A DNA stretch of 64,000 bases from Mobula hypostoma. Taxonomy: Eukaryota. Numbering within the stretch: the stretch's first letter is position 1; every line of letters starts with the position of its first letter. Positions 22,950-33,982 of this stretch are shown piece by piece. The stretch is from the NCBI RefSeq assembly GCF_963921235.1, contig NC_086097.1, positions 141,298,001 to 141,362,000 of the forward strand. The letters are read 5' to 3'. The notes beneath the pieces are model-generated. The model was given only the letters and a program-made list of their open reading frames with translations. It searched no databases and was not told the DNA's origin. The translations under genes and the position numbers were made by a program.

Positions 22950-25100
22950 TTGATGTCTCTGATGTCAACGCCAATCTAGATCACATCTTTCCTCGTACAA
23001 GCAAAGCTGTTGCAGTGATTTGGGGAATAGAAACAGGTGAGGACTGCCCAACAGTCAGATCCAGGCCCAGATGGAGAAGTTCCTAACCAGCTGTTTGTCC
23101 TTGCCCCTGTGTGTTCCTAAATCTTGGCCTGGGGTCACTCTTCCCATCTGGTTGGCCATCCAGGGATTCAACAGACCCTGGAATTCATAAACAGATGATT
23201 TACATAGAAGATATATGTCCCAAGATGTCCACGACTTTATCTCTGCCTGTCCAATTTGTTCCCAGAACGTCACATGTCATAACGAGGTGGGTGGGGGGGG
23301 GGCATTCGGAACGGACCCAAATGCAAGACATAGACACTGAAGTACTAGGGACAGGACTGGGATGCAAGACCTGGGCTAGGATATGGACAGGAAACAGGGA
23401 AACCAGACTAGGAACTATGAACTAGGAGCCTGTCATGGAGTCCGAGCCAGAGGGACAAGGCAAGACAGATAACCTGCAGGGCAACGGCAGAATGGCCTGA
23501 CTAACCCCACAGAGGTGAGGACAAGAAGAGACAAACATTGAAGAATGACAGACAGTTCCATCTCTGCTTCAGGGTTGCTCCGAGTCGCAGTTATGGCCAG
23601 CGACCTTGGCTGGCTGCAGAAACAGCCAGATCCCTACCTAGATCGGAGAGGCTGACGGCCACTCAGCTAGTCCGGGAAGTGGTCGGAACCATACCACAAA
23701 GACAGCTCCGACTACTGACAGCAAGGCTCAATGAGGGGACGGTTCCCCAATGCGGCCTAAAGATGGCAAGTGGCTGCTCTAGCCTTCCACTGGCAGGTTG
23801 CTTCCAGGGGATCGCAACAAGACAAACCAGCAGTCCACAGTCGTCTGCAAGGATACTTATATTCCAAGCCCCAAGTTGGGAATCAGGTGCCTATGATTAA
23901 CCCAACCAAAACAAGGGACGGCTGGAAGACCCGGAGTCCTAAGTCCACAGACCGGACCGTGACCCAGAATGCGGACTTCACGGACTGGACCATGACATCA
24001 CAGCTGCTCACTGCTGGTTTTCCCTACCCACTGCCTGTGGCTCTCTGCTCCAGGTCCAACCTCTCAGTGGATTTCATCACTGGTCTGTGTCCGTCAGATG
24101 GAAACACTATCATCCTGGTGGTTGTGGACCAGTTCTCTAAAGCAGCCCACTTCATTGCTCTCCCCAAGCTCCCATCAGCTCAGGAAACTGCCACTTTCTT
24201 GGTTCAATTTGTGTTCATGCTGCACAGCTTCCCCCGGGACAGCAGGCCTGACTGAGGAGCACATTGTTGGAATGCTTTCTGTTCTCCTTTGGGAGTCACA
24301 GCCACCCTCTCATCACTATTCTACCTGCAATCTAATGGCCATACTGAGAGTGAATGAGGAGCTGGAGACAATCTTGACTCCATGACGTGGAGCTCCCAAC
24401 TCAGAGATTGCCCATAATGAGCTGGACTAGCATGCCCTCCATTCAATGGCAAAATGGATTCCAGCACTGATCTTCCCAGACCGTGATTGACATGGGAGTT
24501 CCTGCTGTTGAACAGTTGGTACAAAGCTGCAAGCACACATGGAGATGGGCCAGGGCTTCCCGGCTGCATACTCAGAAACAATATGCCCAGCAGGATAATC
24601 AGCTCCTCTGAGAGGTGAGGCTTCTCAATCCAGGGAGAAAGCCTGGCTGGTATCTAGGGATCTTCCTTTGAAAGCTGGGAGCCTCAAGGTTGCCCCAGGC
24701 TACCTGGGATTATTCACAGTGGGGAAGGATATCAAGCGATCTTCCTAGAGCCTGTGACTGCAATTATCTGTTAAGATTTACCTCGTATTCCATGCTTGCA
24801 GCTCACACTGGTGACTTCTCCCCACCTTGCTCCAGTTAGACCCTCTCCCTCACTCATCTTGGTGGATGGGTCACTGTTCTATTCCCAGCAGCACCTCCTG
24901 GCATCTCGCCCAGTGTGGGGCAGGGTCCTGCGTCTAGTGGACTGGGAGAGATAGGGCCCAGAGAATCTTTCTTGGGATCCAATTCGTGATATCCTGGACA
25001 AGTCACTCATCCAGGACATCCAGCGGGCACAGGACTGTCGTGCCCCAGGATCTGTGCCTAGTGGTGGGGTGGGATTGCGGGCGTGGTGAAGGTGCTGATC
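22950..25100 (+). mobile_element. Gypsy pol relic (Zn finger, integrase core, chromodomain) split by a solo LTR (copy at about 46280-48430)
   Basis: SVDFITGLCPSDGNTIILVVVDQFSKAAHFIALPKLPSAQETATFLVQFVF; chromodomain LVDWER.GPENLSWDPIRDILD. Confidence 0.85.
23275..23997 (-). mobile_element. Solo LTR, 723 bp, with 5-bp TSD TCACA
   Basis: TGTCAT...ATGACA termini; TCACA at 23270-23274 and 23998-24002. Confidence 0.9.
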
Positions 25101-27286
25101 TGTAAAAACCATGGACTCAGCTGTGGAGTGGGCAGCTGAAAGCGGTCATCAGCAATCACGCTCGTGAGAATGCACATTGCAGACAATTAGGGTTGCGTTG
25201 TAATTTTATTTAACTCCCTTCAGTCTTGTCGAGTCTTGACTGAAGCACAATGACGGCGACACTCCCCCGATTACCTTAGCCAACTTTCCATGATAGAAGA
25301 CTCCAACTTAGATTGACGCCTTAAAGGAGTGGTATAACTTATTATTAAGTTACTGCTTCTGAAGCTCAGTGTCAGCGTTAGATTTTTAGTTTGAATTTTA
25401 GTTTGTAGATCTATTGGCTTCACATTTATTATTTTCCTTTTATTTTGTATAGTTCCTTTAAATTAAAGTTTACCCAGGGGTCAGTGTTGGGACCTCTGTT
25501 ATTAATTATTATGTAAATGATTTGGATGTGAATTTACACAGCACGGTTCACTATACTGTACTCTCAATCTTGGTATCATCCGCAAATTTGCTGATCCAGT
25601 TTAATATCTTGTCATTGAAATCATTACTATAAGTGACCAACAACAAAGGATCAAGCACCGAATCCTGTAGCACAGCACTAGTCACAGGCCTCCAGGCAGA
25701 GAGTCAAACACTAACCACCATTCTCTCGCTTCTTCCGCTAAGCCAACATTGAATCTAACTGACTACTTCATCCTGAATGCCAGGCGACTTAATCTTCTTG
25801 ACGAGACTGCTATGGCGTAATTTATCAAAGGCTCTTCTAAAGACCATTGTGTTCCCTTGTCAAATGCAGCAGAAGAAAGAAGCAATTGGATTTGGATTAA
25901 AAGGAAAGACAACAACTGGGCTGCAAGATGAAGATAGGAGGATATGGAACTGAGGGGGGTGTATCTGGGATGCCAGGTAGCACTGTTGAGCCCTCTGGAG
26001 ACGTTGTGAGCTTATCAACGAAACGTCAAAGATGGCATACTTACCCCCCCCATCACCACTCCAAACCCACCGCCAACATCAAGAGTACCAATTTACCATA
26101 CGGATTGAAACATCAAGTCCTAGTAGCTCTGCTACTTCAACAAACTTCTCGGTAACCTCCCTGAAAAAATCTCTATAAATTAGTTAGACATGACTTACCA
26201 TGCATTAAGCCATATTGTTTATCTCTTTTCAGGCCCTGTCTATACAAACACAGGTACATGTACATCCTATCCATGAGAAAAACTTCTGATAATTTGCGCA
26301 CGACTAATGTCAGGTTCACCAGGCTCTAATTTCCTGTTTATTCTTAGAACGATTCTTAAATGTTAGTGACCCTCCAATCTTCCAGTACCTCACCCATGGG
26401 TATGGATGTTTTAAATATTACTGCCAGGGCCCCTGCAATTTCTGCACTAGCCTCCCACAAGTTTGGAGAGGACACCTCATCAGGCCTTTGGGATTAATTC
26501 ACCCTAAATTCTTCTCAAGACAGCAAGCACTTCCTCTTCTGTAATCAGAACATGGTCCATGATCTCTAGTGTTTTGCCAGATTCTATGGTATCTGTGTCT
26601 GTCTCCTGAGCAAATGCTAACACAAAAATAAAACATTTAATATTTTTCCACATCTCTTTTAGTTCCATACATATATGACCAATTTGATCTTCGAGGGGAC
26701 CAATTTTGTCCCTTGCTATCCTCTTGCTCCGAGTACCTATAGAACCCTTGGATTCTGGTTTACATTGCCTGCTAGAGCAACCACTAATCCCCTTTCAGCC
26801 TTCCTGATCTTTCACTTGTGTTCTTTTGTATGTCTTATATTCTTCAATTGCCCCATTTAACACTAGCTTCGAATACCTGATATGTGCTTCCGTTTTGTTT
26901 ACCAGGTCCTCAATATCCCATGATAGATAAGGATCCCTAAACCTGACAACCTTGCTTTTTATCCTAATAGAAATATACATATTGTGTACTCTCAATACAC
27001 AATTCTGCTGAAGACCACCCACTGCCAGTGTCTCTTTGTTAGAAAACATCCTATCCCAATCCACACCTGGCAGATTGCTTCTGATGCCATCAAAATTACT
27101 CTTCCTCCAGTTTAGAATCTTAATCTGAAAACCAATTCTATCCAATCTCCCTAATTATTTTGAAGTCGATGGAATTTTGATCACTATATCCAAAGTCTTT
27201 CCCTATGTTCACCTCTGTCACCTGCCCTGTCTCATTTCCGGAGAAGAGATCCAATATTGTGCTCCCTTTAGTGGAAATTCTGCTTA

Positions 27287-27908
27287 TAAAGCGGGAGGAA
27301 AAGATGGCAGCGCGCCGCGCATGCGCGGCTCTCCGGTGAAAAATGATGTCGTGAATGTTAAATAGGGGCGTGGACAATTCTGATTTGATAGAGAATGCAC
27401 GTGAAAGCACGGAGGAACATCTGGAGAAATTTCTGAAACGCCCGTCCGCTGCTGTCGTTACTGCGTGGTCGGGAATCTTTCCGGGGGTAGGCCTCAAAAT
27501 CCCCTGCCTTGCCTGCTTTTGGCGACCAAGAAGGAGGTCGAATCGTTCGGACAGAGATGGCGCTCAGTACTCGGTGTCGGAGAGCTGATCAGAGCTCGAA
27601 GTTTTCGGATGACTCATGGTCGGATTGTGGTCGGCATGGCAGGGAGAGTTTTTCTTCCTTCTCTCGTCTGCGTGAGATGTGGGACATTTGAGAAACTTGG
27701 AGCTTTGCTGGACTCACGGACTTCTTCATCAAGTTATGGTATTGTTACACTGTTTGTAACTATATGTATAACTATGTGGTTTTGTCAGTTTTTTCAGTCT
27801 TGGGTTGTCCCGTGTTTTGTGATATCACACCAGAGGAAATAATGTATCATTTCTGAATGCATACATTACTAAATGACAATAAAATGGGACTAGGTGTCTT
27901 CATAATCT
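27287..27908 (+). mobile_element. Short non-autonomous retroelement / SINE-like insertion (copy 50616-51237)
   Basis: CpG-rich 5' end starting AAGATGGCAGCG; 3' end AATAAAA...CATAATCT; interrupts the CR1 frame; no clear TSD. Confidence 0.55.
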
Positions 27909-28626
27909 TATTGATAATGAAACTTTCCTGAACACATTTGACAAACTCTATCTCATCCAGTTCCTTTACACTATGGGAGTCCCAATCAATATGCAGAAAG
28001 CTACAATCACCCACTATTTCAACCTGAACACTAGAGATTTTGCAGATGCTGGAAATCCAGAGTAACACATAAAAAAACTTGGAGGAACTCATGAGGTAAG
28101 AAAAGAAATAAAGCATCAATTCTTCAGGCCAAGACCCTTGATCAAGACCCTTCATGAATCCTGAGGAAGGGTCTCAGCCAAAAACATTGACTGTTTATTC
28201 CTTTTGCAGTTGCTGCCTCCCCTGCTGAGTTACTCTTGCATCTTGTATGTGTTACTGTAACAACCTTGTATTTCTTGCAACTGTTTGCTATCTCCCTATG
28301 ACTTTGTTCATCCAAATCCTGCTTGACTATTAGAAACTCTATAAAGTCCCATTAACATGATCATCCATTTTTTATTCCACAGATTCATGAAAATTGCCTT
28401 GGCAGATGAGCCTTCCGTACATCATCTAAGCATTGGTCTGACGTTATCTCTGATGAGTAATATGAGTACTCCCTCCCCCTTTAATACCTGCTTCTCTGAC
28501 ATGTCTAAATCAGCAGAATGCCAGAACATTGAGCTGTCAGACTTCGCCGTCATGTAACCATGTCTCAATAATGGTTTCAACATCGTAAGTCCACACATGG
28601 CTCCATGCTCTATGTGCATTAGCCTT

Positions 28627-28821
28627 GGGGTGTATGGGGTGACAGGGATGGGTAGCCCCTCTGGTGGGGGAACATATCGCGTCCTTTTCAAGGCAGTTAG
28701 TCCACCTTTGATCCCCACCTAGCACTCAACTCTCACCTGTGGCTCCCCATAGCTGTCTGCACGCGACAACGGCCACACCCCGGGCAACGACTTCGACAAG
28801 CCAGCTAAACCAGGTGAGGGT
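28627..28821 (+). ncRNA. HDV-like self-cleaving ribozyme candidate
   Basis: P1 GGGGUGU/ACACCCC (7 bp), P2 ACUCUCACCUG/CAGGUGAGGGU (11 bp), P3 GGC/GCC, L3 starting UCC, GGGCAAC junction, P4 hairpin, J4/2 GCUAAA; G1 coincides with the element 5' end. Confidence 0.72.
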
Positions 28822-29182
28822 ATCCGACGGGTCTCAAACCCTCAGTGAGATAAAAGAGTTGCCTATCCCAGCATGTGAAGACAGACTCCGGCTGATTGAG
28901 CGGACGAGACCAATAGTCCAATGGTGAGGAAGGCGGTCTCTGCAAGCGTCGTGGAACGTGTAGAGCAGGACAAGACACAGAAGACGTCCTGGTCATCCAC
29001 TGTGCCTAGTCCCATCTCCAGTCGTCTTGACTCTGTCTTGCCACTGGATCCAGATGGGAATTGGGAAGAGGGAGTGAGGCTGACGCTGCACAATTCCCCC
29101 TCACTTAAATCCAAACCACGTGCTAGTCTCGACACCATAATAATGGTGTCGAGGTCCTCAATGACATCGACGATGGATGAAC
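28627..29182 (+). mobile_element. 556-bp non-coding retroelement (RTE-like SINE, inferred) with 11-bp TSD
   Basis: GCATTAGCCTT at 28616-28626 and 29183-29193; no long sense ORF, no tRNA-type head; 3' hairpin CTCGACACCAT-AATA-ATGGTGTCGAG. Confidence 0.85.
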
Positions 29183-32100
29183 GCATTAGCCTTACCTACA
29201 ACCGTCCTTGTCTTGCAATAGATGAAAGTCAGAACATTTATCCACCCTGCTCAATTTTGCAGTTTCCATCTCTGCTTAAAAACGAGAAACGCCGCAAGTG
29301 CTGGAAATCCAAATCAACATCTACAAAATCTTTGATTGTAGTCATGACATCTCTTTTTCTCCACAACCACTTCATTGCTGTCCTGCCACTCTGGATACCA
29401 TCCCTCTTAAATATTAGTTTGAACACTTCCGAGCAGGATTAGCAAACCTTCCTGTAAGGATATTGGTTCCTCACCAGTTTGGGTGAAAACTGTCCTATTT
29501 GCAGAGATCCCACCTGCCCTGGAATGGTGTTCAGTGATCCAAAAAATCTGAAACCCTCTCCAATGCACCATCTGCTTAGTCACATATTAAACTGCACTAT
29601 CTTTCTTATTTTTTACCTCACTAGCATGGATAGCTTCATCTCCATCTTGGAGGTCCTATTTTTCAACTTTGTACCTTATTCCCTGAACTCATTTTGCAAG
29701 TCCTCGTCACTTTTCCTGCTTATATCATTTGTATCAATATATACCATGACTTATGGCTTCTCACACTCTCACTTAAGATGGCTATGGAATCAATTCAAGA
29801 TATGTCTGATCCTCTATACCTGGGAGGCAATATACCATCCAAGAGTCTTTTTCTTTTCTCAGGTCCTCCTGTCCGTTTCACTGACCAGTGCTAACCAATG
29901 ACCTCCATCACTACTACTGGCCTCTTCTTCCTCCCCCACTCACCTTCCTTTCTGAACCAAAGAGACATACTGAGTGCCGAGACCACTGACCACTGTGGTA
30001 GGTCATCTCCCTAAAACTAGATAAAATGATACACTTGTTGAGGGGAATTCCCACAGGGGTATACTACACTGTCTGCCAATACACCTTCCCTCTCTTCATG
30101 ATCACCCAACTACCTGTTTCCAGCAACACTATCTCTCTGTAACTCCTATGAGCCCCTCAATTTTCTGAATGATCTGAAGGTCATCTACCACCAGCTCCAA
30201 TTCCCTAGTACAGTTTGTAAATGTGGATGCACTTATCGCAGGTACAGACATCTCCCTAACTTCCATGTCATGCAAGAGAAGCACATCACTGCTCTAGCTT
30301 CTATTCCCACTGGTCTCTCTGTATAACAATAAAGAAAGAAATTAGAAGAACTTAAACTCGTAGAAGTTTATAAAATCATGAGGGGTATAGAGGTCATAGC
30401 CTGTTCCCCAGGATTGGAGAGGCAAAAACTAGAGGACACTGATACAAGATAATAGAGAAGAGATTTAAAAGAGAACTAAAAGATAATTTCTTTATGTAAA
30501 GGATAGTGAGCTGCCTGAGGAAGTGGTTGAGATGCTGCATTTGTAATATTTAAGATTTATTTGCATAGGTAAACGGAAGGAAAGGGCTTGAAGGACTGTG
30601 ACTCAAATGCAGCAGCTGGAATTAGCAGGGAGGATGCTGTGGTCAGCATGGACCATTTGGGCCGAAAGACCTATATCCAGGCTATGTTGCTCTATGATTT
30701 TATGAAATACAAACAGAAAACGCTTAAAATATTCATATAGACAGATGGAATCTGTGTAAAGAGAAACAGAGTTAACGGTGGTCAAAGATAGCATAAAAGC
30801 AAAATAGAGGGCAAGAAGTCTGCAAAAGGACTCGGACAAATTAGGAGAATGGACAAAAAAGTGGCAGATGGAACACAGTGTAAGGAAGTGTATGGCCATG
30901 CACTTTCGTAGAAGGAATGAAGGCACAGAATATGCTCTAAAGAGAGGGAGAAAGCAGAAACCAAATGTGCAAGAAGACTTGAGAGTTCTGGTGCAGGATT
31001 TCCGAAAGGCTAACTTGCTGTTTGAGTTAGTAGTGGAGAAGACAAATGCAATGACCACAATCATTTCAAGGGGTCTAGAATATATTCAGAATAGAATGGG
31101 AATCAGGTTTAATATCACTGTCATAGGTTGTGGAACTTGTTATTTAGCAGCTGCAGTACAGTGCAATATATAATAAAAACTATAAATTGCAATAAGATAT
31201 ATGTTAAATTAAATATGTAGAGAAAAAGAGAGCAAAGCAAGAAAAAATCAGTGAGGTAGTACATGTGGATTCATTGTCCATTCAGAAATCTAATAAATAA
31301 ATCGTTGTACTGTTGAGTCTTTATAAGAGATCGGTAGACTATATATGGAGTATTGTGATTAATTTTGGCTCCATATCCGAGAAAGAATGTCCTGGCATTA
31401 GAGAGGGTCCAGAGGAGGTTTAAGTGAATGGTTCCAGGAATGAAAGGGTTATCACATAAGGAACATTTGGTGGTACCAGGCCTGTTCTCGCTGGAGCCGA
31501 GAAGACTACGGGATATCTCTTTGAAACCTACTGAATATGTAAAGGCCTGGACGATGAGAGGATTTTCCAGTAGTGGGGGAGTCCAGGACCAAAGGGCACA
31601 GACACATAATAGAACATCATTTCAGAACAGAGACAAGGAGGAATCTCTGAGAATCTGTGAAATTCATTGCCACAAACGGCCATGGAGGCCAAGTTATTGG
31701 GTTTATTGAAGCCGGGGCTGATAGGTATTTGATTAGTCACATTGTCAAAGGGTATTGGGGAAGACGAAAAATGGGGCTGAAAAGGGAAAAGGAAACAGAT
31801 ATGATTAAATGGCCGAGCTGACTCGATGGATCGAATGGCCTAATCCTGCTCCTGTGTTTTATCGTCTTACGGCTGGGAGAGCGATTGCAGTCGGAGCATG
31901 TACACAGGAAGTTTCTGAATCGATTAACCTAACCTGTCCTAAAGGAGTTATCGGAAGGAGAAATTGTTAACGAATGAGTTGATTTAAAGAGAAGGTTTGC
32001 GGGAGGTTTACAACTAGGACTTGGTGAGTTATGGCACTTGGACGTTTACAGCTACAGGAAAGAGAATCCTGGGCATTCGATAAAGGACGTACACTGCCCA

Positions 32101-32814
32101 GGCACCGCGGTAGCGCAGCGATTAGCGCGACGCTATTACAGCTTCCGGTTGTAAATTGTTCCGTGATTGGGTTAGGGTTAATACCGTTTGTCGGGGGTGA
32201 TTGGGCCTACTTCGTGCTGTATCACTAAATAAACAAATTAGATATCGTCCTTTCAAATTTCACAGCGGAAGCCAATGTAAGTTAATATTTACTGACAGGT
32301 TCTGCCCAGCTGGAATAATTAAAACCACGTTAATAGGGAAAGATGAACAGAATCAAGATATGGTGCAGATGGCATTCGGTTCATCAAACATCCCACCCAA
32401 CGGAACGTACACGGAATGCGGTCGCCGCGACGGGGCGGCTGCGAGACAGGTCCAGGGTCGGCACTTTAGGACCGCGTGTGGGGAGGATATCGCTCTCCTT
32501 GCTCTGTCACAGACTCCGGAGACAAAAGATTAGACAAAGTGAAGGCCAAGGTGAGAAACCGGGGGTGTCTGTGAGAATTATCTCCATGTACTCCTGACGT
32601 GTGAAGTCGCCGGGCAAAACCTCAACCCACCTCCCCCGTCCGCCGCTCTGAAACCACTTGCTCCAACTGTGGTGTTCGGCGGGAAATTTCGGGAATGTCA
32701 CAAAACATCGACAAAGGGAGGATAAATATTTTAAATATGTTGACGTGTAACTGAAAAGGCAACTGGCAGGAGGTGACTAATTTGGGGAAAGTTTTGGTAC
32801 GGAACGCTACCGGA

Positions 32815-32965
32815 TCGGTTAGTGTAATGCTATTATAGAGACAGCGACCCAGGTTAAATTCCGTCGTTGTCCTGAAAGGAATTTGTACGTTCTTCCCGTG
32901 ACCGCGTGGGTTTCGTCCGGCTGCTCCGGTTTCCTCCCACTTTCAAAAGACGTAAGGATTAGTAG
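32815..32965 (+). mobile_element. tRNA-derived V-SINE/HE1-like fragment (copy at about 56144-56294)
   Basis: Core GTACGTTCTTCCCGTGACCGCGTGGGTTTC...CTCCGGTTTCCTCCCAC. Confidence 0.6.
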
Positions 32966-32977
32966 CCGCCCAAAGCA

Positions 32978-33075
32978 ACCTACACAAAATGCTGGAGGAA
33001 CTCAGTAGACCAAGCAGCATTTATGGAAAAGAGTAAATAGTCGACGTTTCGGGCCGAAACCCTTTATCAGGACTC
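32978..33075 (-). mobile_element. Penelope terminal fragment with degenerate hammerhead (CUGAUAA) upstream of V3 (copy before V5; remnant at 9764-9800)
   Basis: Matches the terminus of 16436-16570 (AAATGCTGGAGGAACTCAG...GTCGACGTTTCGGGCCGA). Confidence 0.6.
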
Positions 33076-33519
33076 AGATGAACATAATCACAGCCATGGT
33101 GTTGATGGCATTCACTTCATCAAACATCCCACCCAAAGGAAGGGGAGAGGTCAGCGTGAGAAGTCCTTCAGCATCTGAAAATTTCTCCCGTTTGTGGGTT
33201 AGCAGGTTAATTGATCACCTTGATGGAATTGGATGGCCCAAACTTTTGGCCTCGAAAGGCCTGTTATCGTGACGGATTTCTTCATGTTAAGCGAGAACAA
33301 GTTCGAACAGAAAAAAAAATTGTCTAGTGAACTGCTGTGCAATTCTAACAAAATCTCAATTTATGCAAAGGAAATAATGGTGTGTGGTTTTCAAATAGGG
33401 TTCGAAGGCGTGGTCTGTGACACGTTGAGAGAAAGTGGGACGTGAAGCGTGCTGTTATTTATAACTAACCAGACCACGTCCAAATCCGTGTCAAATACAG
33501 TCAGAACTCGACAAACACC

Positions 33520-33943
33520 ATGCGGCTGGGTTGTGTGGCTTTTGTGATACTTTTCCTCCGTTAGTTGATTGATTTTCATCCGTTTACTCTCTATTTGCTT
33601 CAGGCTTTTCAACATGTTCTGAGTTTGATTTTTCTTTCCACAGGCAGATGTCTCGGTGCTGAATTGATACAGTCTCCGATGTCCATCACCAAAAACGTGG
33701 GCAAAACTGCCGTCATGATCTGCGATCTGGGCACAGCGAACACGGACATAATCCACTGGTACCGGCAGCCAGATGGGCAACGCCCGGTCAGGATCCTCTA
33801 TTACAGTAATGGGGTCAACATACGCGACGATGGAATTGATGACAGATTTACAGCGAGAAAAGATCGACAAAAGCAGTATTCTCTAACTGTGGCCCGTCTC
33901 GAGAAAGAGGATTCCGGCACCTATTACTGTGCCTATATAGACC
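33520..33943 (+). CDS. TRGV: TCR gamma-type V segment V3: exons 33520-33559 and 33644-33943
   Basis: Open frame ending YYCAYID; 83/95 mature residues identical to V2; same translation as V5. Confidence 0.88.
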
Positions 33944-33982
33944 CACAAAGTTAAAATTTAACCGGCGCCGCTGACAAAAACT
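33944..33982 (+). other. 23-RSS of V3 (variant heptamer)
   Basis: CACAAAG + 23 nt + ACAAAAACT. Confidence 0.93.

Larger units (their letters stand above)
25560..30330 (-). mobile_element. Old CR1 LINE relic (RT back to endonuclease/ORF1) hosting several later insertions (copy at about 48890-53660)
   Basis: Minus-strand fragments KILNWRKSNFDGIR, STILDL..GNETGQVTEV.IG..FGYSDQNSIDFKI, IVGDCSFLHIDW and IIETWL. Confidence 0.75.

Noticed and set aside
32508-32548. CACAGAC...ACAAAAGAT cryptic RSS upstream of V3
   Set aside because: Spacers are 7 or 19 nt, not 12 or 23.
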